A model generated the notes under the pieces. That model ran no database searches, was not told the DNA's origin, and saw nothing but the letters and a program-made list of their open reading frames with translations. The translations under genes and the position numbers were made by a program. Shown one piece after another: positions 9,432-19,216 of a stretch of 64,000 nt of DNA (position 1 is the stretch's first letter; each line of letters begins with the position of its first letter). Source of the DNA: Acetatifactor sp. (GTDB taxonomy: Bacteria; Bacillota; Clostridia; Lachnospirales; Lachnospiraceae); NCBI GenBank assembly GCA_051880315.1, contig JBJENR010000033.1, positions 3,312-67,311 of the forward strand, read 5' to 3'.

Positions 9432-9551
9432 ATTTTTTTCCTTTTCAATGTATATTTTCTTTTCAAATTCAAATACTATGCACAAATCCATGTTTGTAAA
9501 ACACAGACAGGATTTAAAAATTCATCTTAACAGACAAAAACGGAGGACTCT

Positions 9552-10043
9552 ATGAAAAAAGGTAACAATTCTTTAGCAGTAAAAAAGCTTCTTGCACTTG
9601 GCTTAATTCTTGCACTTATGTGCATGACGGTCGCATGTACCAACGATAAAAATCGAAATAATTCCGGCAGTATGGCCGGAAGCAGCTCTCAGGGCGGCAG
9701 CTCCCAGAATAACAACAACGGTTCCATGGACTACAATAATCAAAATGGAAATGGGACAAACAACAATCACAACAACAGCACATCCGGCGAGTACAACAAT
9801 TCCGTTACCGGAGGCAGCGTAAACGGCAGTGACTCCCTGCTGGAAGATGCAGGAAATGCTGCAGAAAACCTTCTGGATGATGCAGCAAGCGGTGTAGGCG
9901 ATTTGACCGACGACCTTACCGGTAATGACCACACAACAAACGGTACAACCAATGGTACTACAAACGGTACAACCAATGGTAAAACAAACGGTACTGTTAC
10001 CGGAAAAGGAACAGGAACCACGGCAGGCGGCACAAGCAGATAG
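9552..10043 (+). CDS. Low-complexity N/G/T/S-rich lipoprotein of unknown function
   Basis: GGAGG RBS; signal peptide ending MTVAC; probably disordered body. Confidence 0.75.
   Translation: MKKGNNSLAVKKLLALGLILALMCMTVACTNDKNRNNSGSMAGSSSQGGSSQNNNNGSMDYNNQNGNGTNNNHNNSTSGEYNNSVTGGSVNGSDSLLEDAGNAAENLLDDAASGVGDLTDDLTGNDHTTNGTTNGTTNGTTNGKTNGTVTGKGTGTTAGGTSR
9933..9992 (+). repeat. Five 12-bp in-frame tandem units encoding (T/K)TNG
   Basis: ACAACAAACGGT / ACAACCAATGGT / ACTACAAACGGT / ACAACCAATGGT / AAAACAAACGGT. Confidence 0.9.
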
Positions 10044-10055
10044 TCGTAAAAATAC

Positions 10056-10085
10056 AGGCAGTCCCCCCTCAGGAAAGGACTGCCT
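10056..10085. terminator. Hairpin at the convergence of the lipoprotein gene and dapB
   Basis: AGGCAGTCC...GGACTGCCT inverted repeat; the dapB stop lies in the loop. Confidence 0.55.
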
Positions 10086-10836
10086 CAATTACATTACTCA
10101 TATCATACATTCCTGCAGGTTTTCCCGCCAGAAATTTTGCCGCCTGAACTGCTCCCTTTCCAAATACTCCTTTGGAATATGCCGTATGGGAAAAGGTAAC
10201 GACTTCATCCGAACCGGCAAAAATCACATCATGGTCTCCCACAATGGTACCGCCCCTTACTGCACTGATACCGATTTCCTTACTGGGGCGTTTCTCCCTT
10301 CTGCCACTTCTGTCAAATACATACTCATAGGTGCCGCCAAGCTCTTCATTGATGGAATCTGCCAGCGCAAGTGCTGTTCCGCTGGGCGCATCCACCTTCA
10401 GATTGTGATGCTTCTCCACGATTTCAATATCAAAGCCTGCAGGAGCAAGAACATCTGCAGCCTTTTTCAGAAGCTTCAGCATCAAATTAATACCCAGCGA
10501 CATGTTTGCAGATTTCAAAATGGCAACCTTCTCTGAAGCACGCTTTACCTTTTCCAGCTGTTCCGGACTTAAACCGGTGGTACACAGCACACAGGGAACC
10601 TGCTTCCGAACACAATACTCCAGAAGGCCATCCACTGCTGCAGCCGCGGAAAAGTCAATAATACAATCCGCCTCCACGGTGCATTCGCTTATGTTTTTAA
10701 AGACCGGGTACGAGTTGTGTCCGTCATCAAAGGCGTCCACCCCGGCCACAAGCTCGACTTCATTATCAGCCGTAATCAAATCGGTTATCACCCGACCCAT
10801 CTTGCCGTTACAGCCATGCATAATCACTCTAACCAT
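10069..10836 (-). CDS. dapB: 4-hydroxy-tetrahydrodipicolinate reductase
   Basis: GCNGKMG, IIDFS, GTT-like LCTTG, EKHHNLKVDAPSGTA, RGGTIVGDHDVIFAG; start refined using a GAGG RBS. Confidence 0.97.
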   Translation of the reverse strand: MVRVIMHGCNGKMGRVITDLITADNEVELVAGVDAFDDGHNSYPVFKNISECTVEADCIIDFSAAAAVDGLLEYCVRKQVPCVLCTTGLSPEQLEKVKRASEKVAILKSANMSLGINLMLKLLKKAADVLAPAGFDIEIVEKHHNLKVDAPSGTALALADSINEELGGTYEYVFDRSGRREKRPSKEIGISAVRGGTIVGDHDVIFAGSDEVVTFSHTAYSKGVFGKGAVQAAKFLAGKPAGMYDMSNVIEAVLS

Positions 10837-10890
10837 ACCGTTTCCTCTTTTCGCATCAAAATACAAAATTTCCTGCTACAGCAGTCTGCT

Positions 10891-11775
10891 TTACAGAATT
10901 CCATATTCCTTCATTGCCTTCTCCAGCCGCTCTGTATTTGCAGGCTCCATCTCCGTCAAAGGCATTCTTAAGTGTCCGTTAATCTTTCCCATCAGAGTCA
11001 GCGCCTTCTTTACGGGAATGGGATTTACCTCACAGAACAAAGCATTGCAGAGATTCAATGCCTCAAGCTGAAGCCGGCAGCTCTCCTTCACATTACCGTC
11101 CAGATAATTCTGACAGATTGCATGTGTCTGTGCAGGCGCCACATTGGAAAGAACCGAGATAACGCCAAGACCGCCCAGGGACATAATGGGAACAATCTGG
11201 TCATCATTTCCCGAATAAATATCAACACTGTCCTCAGCTATGGCTGCCAGGTGCGCAATCTGGCTGATATTGCCGCTGGCTTCCTTTACACCCACAATAT
11301 TTTTGACCTCCTTGCAGAGACGGACCACTGTCTCCGGCAAAATATTGCAGCCCGTTCTGCTGGGCACATTGTAGAGCAGGCAGGGAATATTCACTGCCTC
11401 TGCCACTGTCTTAAAGTGCGCAAACAGACCATTCTGGGTTGCCTTATTGTAGTACGGACTTACAAGCAGTAATCCGTCCACACCGGCTTTTTCAGCCTCC
11501 TGTGACAGATATACGGCTGTCTCCGTGCAGTTGGAACCCGTTCCTGCAACCACCGGTACCCTGCCTGCAACTACCTTTGCGCAATACCGGATAACATCCA
11601 GGTGCTCCTCATGGGTGAGAGTGGATGATTCACCCGTGGTTCCGCATACAATAATTGCATCGGTGCCGTTGGCAATCTGAAACTCCACAAGCTGCTCAAA
11701 CTGCTCATAATCAACTGTTCCGTCCTCATGCATCGGTGTGACAATGGCCACGCCTGCTCCCTTAAAAATAGCCAT
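10891..11775 (-). CDS. dapA: 4-hydroxy-tetrahydrodipicolinate synthase
   Basis: CGTTGES, AGTGSN, SPYYNK, LYNVPSRTG, GVKEASG, YSGND. Confidence 0.97.
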   Translation of the reverse strand: MAIFKGAGVAIVTPMHEDGTVDYEQFEQLVEFQIANGTDAIIVCGTTGESSTLTHEEHLDVIRYCAKVVAGRVPVVAGTGSNCTETAVYLSQEAEKAGVDGLLLVSPYYNKATQNGLFAHFKTVAEAVNIPCLLYNVPSRTGCNILPETVVRLCKEVKNIVGVKEASGNISQIAHLAAIAEDSVDIYSGNDDQIVPIMSLGGLGVISVLSNVAPAQTHAICQNYLDGNVKESCRLQLEALNLCNALFCEVNPIPVKKALTLMGKINGHLRMPLTEMEPANTERLEKAMKEYGIL

Positions 11776-11805
11776 TTTAATTTTCCTCCGTTGCTATCTT
11801 AATGT

Positions 11806-11835
11806 AAAAGCGCCGACGTACACAGTGCGCCGGCG
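11806..11835 (-). terminator. Terminator-like hairpin within the dapA leader
   Basis: Minus strand CGCCGGCGCAC-TGT-GTACGTCGGCG then CTTTTAC; lies between the promoter and the dapA RBS. Confidence 0.5.
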
Positions 11836-11861
11836 ACTCATTAACACTTTACTTGCATAAA

Positions 11862-11890
11862 ATAATAGCATTCTCTGTGTCTTATGTCAA
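11862..11890 (-). promoter_or_regulatory. Sigma-A promoter of dapA-dapB
   Basis: TTGACA-17 nt-TATTAT with TGn extension. Confidence 0.8.
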
Positions 11891-12030
11891 TATTTTTATA
11901 TTCTCAACTCTCCTGAGACTTTTTCCTCTCTTATTGCAGCTATACTGCTTATTAGCTCATCATACAACCCTTTATTTCAAAACCGCATTCCCCAGGAATC
12001 CAAATCCTGTATTTGTTTCTGCTGATTATA

Positions 12031-12666
12031 TCAGCTTTCCTCTTCCGTAAGCTCCAGCTTACTTACGGACACCTCAAATGCAACTCTTTTCTCAACGTTC
12101 TCTTCATCTAATTTCTTCATATATTCACGACTCTGAATTCTGCCCCAGACCGCACATCTTTCCCCAACCTTGAAGCTGCTTGCATAGCGTGCATTTCTTC
12201 CCCAGCAGATACAGGGGATATAGTCGGACTTACCGTAGGGTCTGTTCACGGCCAGAAGCAGATCCGCAATTTCTCTTCCCAGGGGGGTTTTACGGTATAT
12301 CGGCTCCTTACAGATAAAGCCGTCCAGAAAAATCTGATTCGTCTTTGAACTCTCCTCCATTTCCTCGATGAAGCTGATCTCTCTTGCAAACACCGAAAGT
12401 ACAAGTCTGTTTCTGTGCTCTTCATGTCTGTTATACGACCTGAACTGACCATTGACACAGATCAACTCCCCTATGTAGTCTGCAGTCACATCCATCAGTC
12501 TTTCCGACACCATGACCGGGATGACATCATAGCTCTCACTGAGACGCTTACATCTGACATCCACCATATAGAACCCTTCACCAAAAATTTCATGACTGTA
12601 AGAAAAACCGCTGACAATCTCCCCCATAACTGTTACCTGATTGTTTTCAATTACCTTATCTGTCAT
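12031..12666 (-). CDS. ssb: Single-stranded DNA-binding protein, clostridial double-OB type
   Basis: NNQVTVMGEI...GEGFY...RLSESYDVIPV; second OB with IYRKTPLGREIADLLLAVNRPYGKSDYIPCICWGRNA; start refined to ATG 12666. Confidence 0.9.
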   Translation of the reverse strand: MTDKVIENNQVTVMGEIVSGFSYSHEIFGEGFYMVDVRCKRLSESYDVIPVMVSERLMDVTADYIGELICVNGQFRSYNRHEEHRNRLVLSVFAREISFIEEMEESSKTNQIFLDGFICKEPIYRKTPLGREIADLLLAVNRPYGKSDYIPCICWGRNARYASSFKVGERCAVWGRIQSREYMKKLDEENVEKRVAFEVSVSKLELTEEES

Positions 12667-12893
12667 ACTCGTTCTCCCTTCTTGTTCTAAGACTTTTTCC
12701 GGTAATACTATCAGTGTGCAGGCCAAAAATCACCGATAGATATTACTATTTATACAATACCCGGAGAACAAATAGTACTGTTTTTCATCGCCGATTTCCG
12801 CATTTTTTCGCGTTGTATCGCGCTTTTTCGCGGATGGCATATATAAACCGGCAATAAACAACATCGTTCCTGTACATTCCGTGCATAGGCCTC

Positions 12894-12922
12894 TTGCACA
12901 GAGGTTAAAAAAGTGCTATACT
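12894..12922 (+). promoter_or_regulatory. Sigma-A promoter of typA
   Basis: TTGCAC-17 nt-TATACT with TGn extension. Confidence 0.7.
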
Positions 12923-12977
12923 ATATCAGTTTGAGAGTTGATGTTATTTAGCTTATGAATAAGGAAGGATCATTCAT

Positions 12978-14810
12978 ATGAGACAAAAAAGAGAAGACAT
13001 TCGAAATGTAGCAATTATCGCACATGTAGATCACGGCAAGACCACTCTTGTGGACGAGCTTCTTAAGCAGAGCGGTGTATTTCGCGAGGGTCAGGAGGTT
13101 GCAGAACGCGTGATGGATTCCAATGACATTGAACGGGAACGCGGCATCACCATCCTGTCAAAAAATACCGCTGTTAAGTATAAGGATACCAAAATCAACA
13201 TTATTGATACCCCCGGTCATGCCGATTTCGGCGGCGAAGTGGAACGTGTCCTGAAAATGGTTAATGGTGTCATCCTGGTTGTGGATGCTTTTGAGGGTGC
13301 CATGCCTCAGACCAAATTCGTACTGAGAAAGGCCCTGGAGCTGAAGCTTCCCGTCATTGTATGCATCAATAAAATAGATCGTCCGGAGGCACGCCCCGAC
13401 GAGGTAGTGGAGGAAGTGCTTGAGCTTTTCCTGGAGCTGGATGCCGACGATTCCCAGCTGGACTGCCCTTTTGTATATGCCTCTGCAAAAACCGGGATTG
13501 CCTCTCTGGACGCTTCCACACCCGGAACCAATATGGAGCCTCTGTTTGAAACAATTATTAATTACATTCCTGCTCCAGAAGGAGACCCGGATGCCGGCAC
13601 ACAGGTTCTGATCAGCACCATCGATTACAATGAATATGTGGGGCGTATCGGTGTTGGCAAGGTAGACAACGGCACAATCAGGGTAAATCAGGAGGTGATT
13701 ATCTGCAATCACCACGAGCCTGACAAGCAGTCCAAGGTCAAGGTCAGCAAGCTCTATGAATTTGACGGTTTGAACAAGGTGGAAGTAAAGGAAGCCGGTA
13801 TCGGTTCCATTGTTGCCATTTCCGGTATTTCTGACATCCATATTGGAGATACCCTCTGCTCCACCGATAACGTAGTGCCCATTCCCTTCCAGAAAATCAG
13901 CGAGCCCACCATTGCCATGCAGTTCATGGTAAATGACTCTCCCCTGGCAGGTAAGGAAGGTAAATTTGTAACCAGCCGTCATATCCGTGACAGACTTTTC
14001 AGGGAACTCAACACTGATGTGTCTCTCCGAGTGGAGGAAACCGATACCACGGAATGCTTCAAGGTATCCGGCCGCGGTGAGCTCCATCTCTCCGTACTGA
14101 TTGAAAACATGAGACGTGAAGGCTACGAATTCGCAGTAAGTAAAGCCGAGGTACTCTATCATACCGACGAAAGCGGCAAGCGCACAGAGCCTATGGAGCT
14201 GGCCTACATTGATGTTCCCAATGAGTTTGCCGGTGCTGTCATCGAAAAGCTTGGACAGCGAAAGGGCGAGCTCAAAAACATGGGAACCATCTCCGGCGGT
14301 ACCTATACACGCCTGGAGTTCTCCATTCCCGCAAGGGGCTTAATCGGCTACCGCGGAGAGTTTATGACCGACACCAAGGGTAATGGTATTTTGAACACCG
14401 TATTTGACGGATATGCTCCTTACAAGGGAGATATCCAATACAGAAAGCAGGGCTCCCTGATTGCCTTTGAAGCCGGGGATGCGGTAACCTACGGACTCTT
14501 CAATGCACAGGAGCGCGGTGCACTCTTTATCGGGCCCGGAGAAAAGGTTTATGCCGGCATGGTAATCGGTCAGACAGGCAAGGCAGAGGACATTGAAGTT
14601 AATGTCTGCAAGAAGAAGCAGCTGACCAATACCCGTTCCTCCAGTGCTGACGAGGCACTTCGTCTGACACCTCCGAGAATCCTTTCCCTGGAGCAGGCAC
14701 TGGACTTCATCGACACGGATGAGCTATTGGAAATTACTCCCAAGAATCTGCGTATCCGCAAGAAGATTCTGAATCCCCTGCTCAGAAAACGTGCTTCCAT
14801 CAAAAAATAA
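12978..14810 (+). CDS. typA: Translational GTPase TypA/BipA
   Basis: [36 protein letters not shown]. Confidence 0.98.
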   Translation: MRQKREDIRNVAIIAHVDHGKTTLVDELLKQSGVFREGQEVAERVMDSNDIERERGITILSKNTAVKYKDTKINIIDTPGHADFGGEVERVLKMVNGVILVVDAFEGAMPQTKFVLRKALELKLPVIVCINKIDRPEARPDEVVEEVLELFLELDADDSQLDCPFVYASAKTGIASLDASTPGTNMEPLFETIINYIPAPEGDPDAGTQVLISTIDYNEYVGRIGVGKVDNGTIRVNQEVIICNHHEPDKQSKVKVSKLYEFDGLNKVEVKEAGIGSIVAISGISDIHIGDTLCSTDNVVPIPFQKISEPTIAMQFMVNDSPLAGKEGKFVTSRHIRDRLFRELNTDVSLRVEETDTTECFKVSGRGELHLSVLIENMRREGYEFAVSKAEVLYHTDESGKRTEPMELAYIDVPNEFAGAVIEKLGQRKGELKNMGTISGGTYTRLEFSIPARGLIGYRGEFMTDTKGNGILNTVFDGYAPYKGDIQYRKQGSLIAFEAGDAVTYGLFNAQERGALFIGPGEKVYAGMVIGQTGKAEDIEVNVCKKKQLTNTRSSSADEALRLTPPRILSLEQALDFIDTDELLEITPKNLRIRKKILNPLLRKRASIKK

Positions 14811-14823
14811 GGATGACAAAAAT

Positions 14824-14850
14824 AAGCCCCCCGCAAATCGCAGGGGGCTT
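14824..14850. terminator. Bidirectional intrinsic terminator
   Basis: AAGCCCCC...GGGGGCTT with A-rich and T-rich flanks, between convergent genes. Confidence 0.8.
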
Positions 14851-14874
14851 TCTTAATGCTCTCTTATTCAGCTT

Positions 14875-15720
14875 TTATTCTGTAACTACCTTTACGGAAG
14901 TGATGTGGGGATTCACACCCTCATACCAGTAGAGGAAGCCTTCCATGTCAATCTTATCGCCAACCTTCAGGTTCTGCACTGCCTTATAAACCTCAGTATC
15001 CACACCGCACAGGTAAGACTCTACGGTAAAGGTATAGGTATTGCCGTTTGCATCGGTAACATCGAAGTACAGGTCATCTCCCTCTTTGCCTGAACCGTCC
15101 CACTTATACAGGTAAGCAGCACCATCGCCCTTATCGGCAACTACCATTCCGTTGAAGGATACAAACTCGTTCTGGTGCTTAATCAGCTCATCGGTTCCCA
15201 GCAGTTCGGTTACGTCAACAGGAGCTGCCACATAATTGCCATCGATGATTTCGAAGGTAGCATCTACAATTTCAACCTCTCCTGACCACTCACTCTTATA
15301 GCCGGTTACTCTGATCTTGGTTCCGGTTGTCAGCTTTGCATAATCCTCCTCGGAGCAAGCCATATTATACAGGAAATATGCACCGTCCTCATCCTGGGTG
15401 TAAACAGTTGCCTTGTCCTCCCACCAGGACTGCTTTGCCTGCACATAAGTCTCTACAACTACTTCTGTGTCAAGCTCTGCTGCAATATACTCTGCATAAC
15501 TCATCACTGCAGGCTGAGCCTCTGCAGAAGACTTGTCTGCCTCTTCAGAAGATGCAGGAGTGGATGATGCAACAGCTTCTCCGCTCTCCTCTGTCTCACC
15601 GGACGCTGCCACAGAGCTGTTTACTGCGTCTGATGAACCCTGGTTCTCTTTGTCCGCGCCGCATCCCACTACAGACAGGGTAAGTACGGCAGCCAGCATT
15701 GCTACATAATACTTTTTCAT
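14875..15720 (-). CDS. Lipoprotein with acidic linker and two putative OB-fold-like repeats
   Basis: Lipobox SVVGC; S/A/E-rich linker; two beta-rich units ending LTTGTKIRVTGYKSEWSGEVEI and LKVGDKIDMEGFLYWYEGVNPHI. The OB assignment is inference. Confidence 0.65.
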   Translation of the reverse strand: MKKYYVAMLAAVLTLSVVGCGADKENQGSSDAVNSSVAASGETEESGEAVASSTPASSEEADKSSAEAQPAVMSYAEYIAAELDTEVVVETYVQAKQSWWEDKATVYTQDEDGAYFLYNMACSEEDYAKLTTGTKIRVTGYKSEWSGEVEIVDATFEIIDGNYVAAPVDVTELLGTDELIKHQNEFVSFNGMVVADKGDGAAYLYKWDGSGKEGDDLYFDVTDANGNTYTFTVESYLCGVDTEVYKAVQNLKVGDKIDMEGFLYWYEGVNPHITSVKVVTE

Positions 15721-15831
15721 ATTTTTCTCCTCTTTTCGTTTTTTCGGAAAATCCCAAAAAAGGTTTCCGTTCTCAACAATTAGTTATTGTACATAACAAT
15801 CCGAAATAAATCAATCCTTTTTATAAATTAT

Positions 15832-17430
15832 TTATTTCTTTCTCTTCTTAATCTGTTCCGCAACAAGATAAGCCAGAATCAGCAGCCAGACGGTTCCGAG
15901 TGCGGCAAGTAATGCTTTGGCTGTCCCCGGCAACGGCCCCAGGTCTTCTTTTTCCGAAATACCGGTTCCCTCCAACTCCAGACGATAGAGTGAAATCACG
16001 TCGCTGTACAACTTCTCCATAAAAGCCTGGTCAACAGTCTGCTTTCTCCTGACTGCCTTCACCGTATTCTCAATCAGTTGCCCGGAGGCATCCCGAAGGG
16101 AGGCAGAACCATTGAATACCGGCGTCACAAAGGTATGCTCAATGTTGTCCAGCAGAAGCTTTGCCGCCTTAATTTTCACCTCGTAATGGGTTTTGTCATC
16201 CTCTCCCTCTGCGGCAAGATACTCCTGATAAGAAGCATCCCCGTGGGCCCGTGAGGTCACAGGAATATACCCTTCCGTCTCGGAATAGGCAATCTGCACA
16301 TCATTGGTGAGAAGATACTGAGCAAATATCCAAGAGGCCAGAACCTCCTGGGGGTCCTGCTTGTTAAAAATGCAGATGGAAGGGCCCTGGGAAATCATCT
16401 GAGGATTCTCCGGGTCAAACTGCGGTACCGTCATTACGGCAGTTTCGAAATCCACCACCTTATCCCCGCAGATATCCCTCAAGGGGGCCCTGGAGCCCAT
16501 CCAAGTTGCGCCTGCAGTGGAATCCACCGCAAAAATACACTGACCTGCGTTCAAAAAGTTTGCCGGGTAACTGGAAATTTTAAAAGTGGAAAAGGCCCTG
16601 CTTTTTCCATGCTCCGCAATCGTATATAATAAGTCCTCGGTGACGTCATTAAACAGGAGAATCTCCCCTGTTGCCCTGGAATAACCGGCACCTTTCTGCT
16701 TCAGCATCTGAATCATCATGTTATCCGTGGATTTATAGATGAAGGGAATCAGCACATTCTGCCCGTTCACCAGGAAATTGCCGTCCTTATCCCTGGCCAT
16801 GGCAGCTTCGGAAACCTCCCACACAAAGTCCCAGGTAAGTACCTCCGGCAGTGTATAGCCCAATGCCTCCACATAGGTTTTATTCACATAGCAGGCTTCC
16901 GTGGAACGCATATAGGGAATGGCATAATGCTGCCCCTGAATCACACACTCCTCCATAAACTTGGGAATCATCTCCTCCCTGCTCACGGAATCATATTGTA
17001 GTTTTCTGCCCCCAAAACCGTAATCCTCATCCTCAAACAGACTGTCCAGAGGCACTACCACATTTTCCCCCGTTATATAGGTTGCAATGTGGTCCGGATA
17101 GGTAATACAGACATTGGGTGTGGTATTTGTGGCGATATTTGTAATGACATCGTTATATATGTCCCCATAATTTGTATAAAGTCTTATGTTTACCTTAATA
17201 TTCGGATAAAGCGTCTCAAAGTCCGCTATGGCCTGATTGTAAATCTCCGTCTGGGTTATGTTTGTATCATTCTTTGCCCAGAAGGTTATCTCATACTCCC
17301 TTGAAGTATCAAACTCCTCCGGCACATCAAAGGCAACCGTGTCCCTGGTACCGTGGCAGCCGGTAAGTAACATGACAACAAACGACGCCGCAAGCATGCC
17401 TGTAAATTTCTTTATTCCACTCTTTTTCAT
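15832..17430 (-). CDS. CUT1-family ABC extracellular solute-binding lipoprotein with C-terminal TM/basic tail
   Basis: Lipobox LLTGC; ITFWAK...FETLYPNIKV; YAIPYMRSTE; C-terminus LPGTAKALLAALGTVWLLILAYLVAEQIKKRKK. Confidence 0.85.
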   Translation of the reverse strand: MKKSGIKKFTGMLAASFVVMLLTGCHGTRDTVAFDVPEEFDTSREYEITFWAKNDTNITQTEIYNQAIADFETLYPNIKVNIRLYTNYGDIYNDVITNIATNTTPNVCITYPDHIATYITGENVVVPLDSLFEDEDYGFGGRKLQYDSVSREEMIPKFMEECVIQGQHYAIPYMRSTEACYVNKTYVEALGYTLPEVLTWDFVWEVSEAAMARDKDGNFLVNGQNVLIPFIYKSTDNMMIQMLKQKGAGYSRATGEILLFNDVTEDLLYTIAEHGKSRAFSTFKISSYPANFLNAGQCIFAVDSTAGATWMGSRAPLRDICGDKVVDFETAVMTVPQFDPENPQMISQGPSICIFNKQDPQEVLASWIFAQYLLTNDVQIAYSETEGYIPVTSRAHGDASYQEYLAAEGEDDKTHYEVKIKAAKLLLDNIEHTFVTPVFNGSASLRDASGQLIENTVKAVRRKQTVDQAFMEKLYSDVISLYRLELEGTGISEKEDLGPLPGTAKALLAALGTVWLLILAYLVAEQIKKRKK

Positions 17431-18293
17431 CAGCCCTTGGTTCCTCCTCTGGACACACCGGTCATGATTTTTTCCCTGAAAATTAAGAACAACACAATCA
17501 GGGGAACCGAAATAATAACCACCGCAGCCATCATGGCAGGAATATTCTCCCGTCCGAAGCCGTTCTCCCGAATCTCCTGTATTCCGTTGGAAACCAGATA
17601 ATAGTTCTCGTCATCCGTAATCAGCCTGGGCCAGACATAGGAATTCCAGCACTCAATCACCTTCAGGATACAAACCGTAATCATTGTGGGCTTACAGATT
17701 GGCACCATTACCTTCAGCAGGTACTTCATATCCGAAGTACCATCCATCTTTGCTGCATAATACAGGGAATCCGGCACCTGCGCAAAATTCTCCTTCAGCA
17801 GGTAAATATAGAACACTGAAGTGACGGAAGGCAAAATCAGCCCCAGAAACGTGTTGCGCATGTTCAGGGAGGTAATGGTGGCAAAATTGGTAATAATCAC
17901 CAGCTCATTGGGGATCATCATCAGGGAGAGAAAAAGTGTAAAAACAAGATTTTTCCCGCGAAACTCCAATCTGGCGAAGGCATAGGCAGCCAGGGTAATC
18001 ACCACCATCATAACTGCTGTGGTCACCACAGTAAAAATAAGGGTATTGATAAGATATCTTCCCAGAGGCACTGTTCTGAAAGCGTCCGCATAGTTCTGCA
18101 GAGTAGGCGACAGTGTGTAGAATTTCGGAACATATTCCGAATTGTATTCTCCGTAGCCCTTTACGGAGGTCAGCAGCATCCAGTAAAAAGGAAACAGTAC
18201 CACCAGTGCCCAGACTGTGAGCAGGACATATATGATGATATTTATCGTTCTCTGCCGCGCTGCCGCAGATTTTCTGATTTTTTCATAATCCAT
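17430..18293 (-). CDS. Carbohydrate-type ABC transporter permease (MalG-like)
   Basis: AYAFARLEFRGKN; EAA-like SLYYAAKMDGTS; WNSYVWP; start refined to ATG 18293. Confidence 0.92.
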   Translation of the reverse strand: MDYEKIRKSAAARQRTINIIIYVLLTVWALVVLFPFYWMLLTSVKGYGEYNSEYVPKFYTLSPTLQNYADAFRTVPLGRYLINTLIFTVVTTAVMMVVITLAAYAFARLEFRGKNLVFTLFLSLMMIPNELVIITNFATITSLNMRNTFLGLILPSVTSVFYIYLLKENFAQVPDSLYYAAKMDGTSDMKYLLKVMVPICKPTMITVCILKVIECWNSYVWPRLITDDENYYLVSNGIQEIRENGFGRENIPAMMAAVVIISVPLIVLFLIFREKIMTGVSRGGTKG

Positions 18294-18309
18294 AGCTTTG
18301 ACCTCCCAA

Positions 18310-19200
18310 TCAATAATAGACATGTTTTCTGCTGACAAGAAGATTAATACAGGTCACGGTAAGCACAATGGAAAAAAGTATAATTGCCGCCGCGGAGGCG
18401 TAGGACGGATAACCGCCGCTGTCCCCGTAGAGCATATCGTACACATAACCCACTATGGTATTCATCTCCGCTGCATTGAGATCGGTTCCGAAGAGCGCCA
18501 CAGCATCACTGTACGCCTTAAATGCCCCGATAAAGCCTGTGATTACTAGATAAAAAACAGTGGGGGAAATCATAGGCAGCGTAATCCTCAGGAAAATTCT
18601 GCCCCTGGAAGTGCCGTCAACTCTTGCCGCGTTATAATAATTCTGATTTACTGAAGCCAGGGCACTGGTAAGCAGAAGAATTTTGAAAGGAAGTACCACC
18701 CAGATAATATAAAAACAAAGTACAAACATTTTGGCCCAATAGGGTCCGTCGATGAAATCCACGGTCTCACCTCCAAACCAGGTAATCAGAAGATTGACCA
18801 GTCCGTCCGTATACTCCGTCTTTTTGAAAAGAATCATAAACACCAGACCCACCGCAAGAGTATTGGTAACATAGGGCAGGAAATACACGGTCTGGTAAAG
18901 ATTCCTCAGCGGCTTTATGGAACTGAGCCCCAGCGCTATCAGAAGAGCAAGCCCCGTAGACAAAGGTACTGTGATTACCACCATCAGGAAGGTATTCTTC
19001 ACCGCCTGCAAAAAATACGGGTCATGCAGCACATAAGAAAAATTATAGGTTCCCGTGCCGTAATAGGTTCCGGATGCAAAGTTATATCCCTCCTCGAAGG
19101 AGTAAATAAACACATCCACCAGGGGATATACCATAAAAAAACCAAGAAACAGAACCGCAGGCAGCAAATACAGCCACCCCTTTAAATTATTTTTTTCCAT
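18310..19200 (-). CDS. Carbohydrate-type ABC transporter permease (MalF-like)
   Basis: YLLPAVLFL; YFLPYVT; EAA-like YYNAARVDGTS; ITLPMISP; start refined to ATG 19200. Confidence 0.92.
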   Translation of the reverse strand: MEKNNLKGWLYLLPAVLFLGFFMVYPLVDVFIYSFEEGYNFASGTYYGTGTYNFSYVLHDPYFLQAVKNTFLMVVITVPLSTGLALLIALGLSSIKPLRNLYQTVYFLPYVTNTLAVGLVFMILFKKTEYTDGLVNLLITWFGGETVDFIDGPYWAKMFVLCFYIIWVVLPFKILLLTSALASVNQNYYNAARVDGTSRGRIFLRITLPMISPTVFYLVITGFIGAFKAYSDAVALFGTDLNAAEMNTIVGYVYDMLYGDSGGYPSYASAAAIILFSIVLTVTCINLLVSRKHVYY

Positions 19201-19216
19201 AACACACTCTCCCGTC

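Noticed and set aside
11776-12030. Lysine riboswitch upstream of dapA
   Set aside because: The promoter lies only about 85 nt from the start codon and no L-box consensus elements are visible.
13158-14162. Long antisense ORFs opposite typA, xfp (22354-23571), prfC (43437-44972) and others
   Set aside because: They are typical shadow ORFs of highly biased coding genes, with no RBS or protein motifs.
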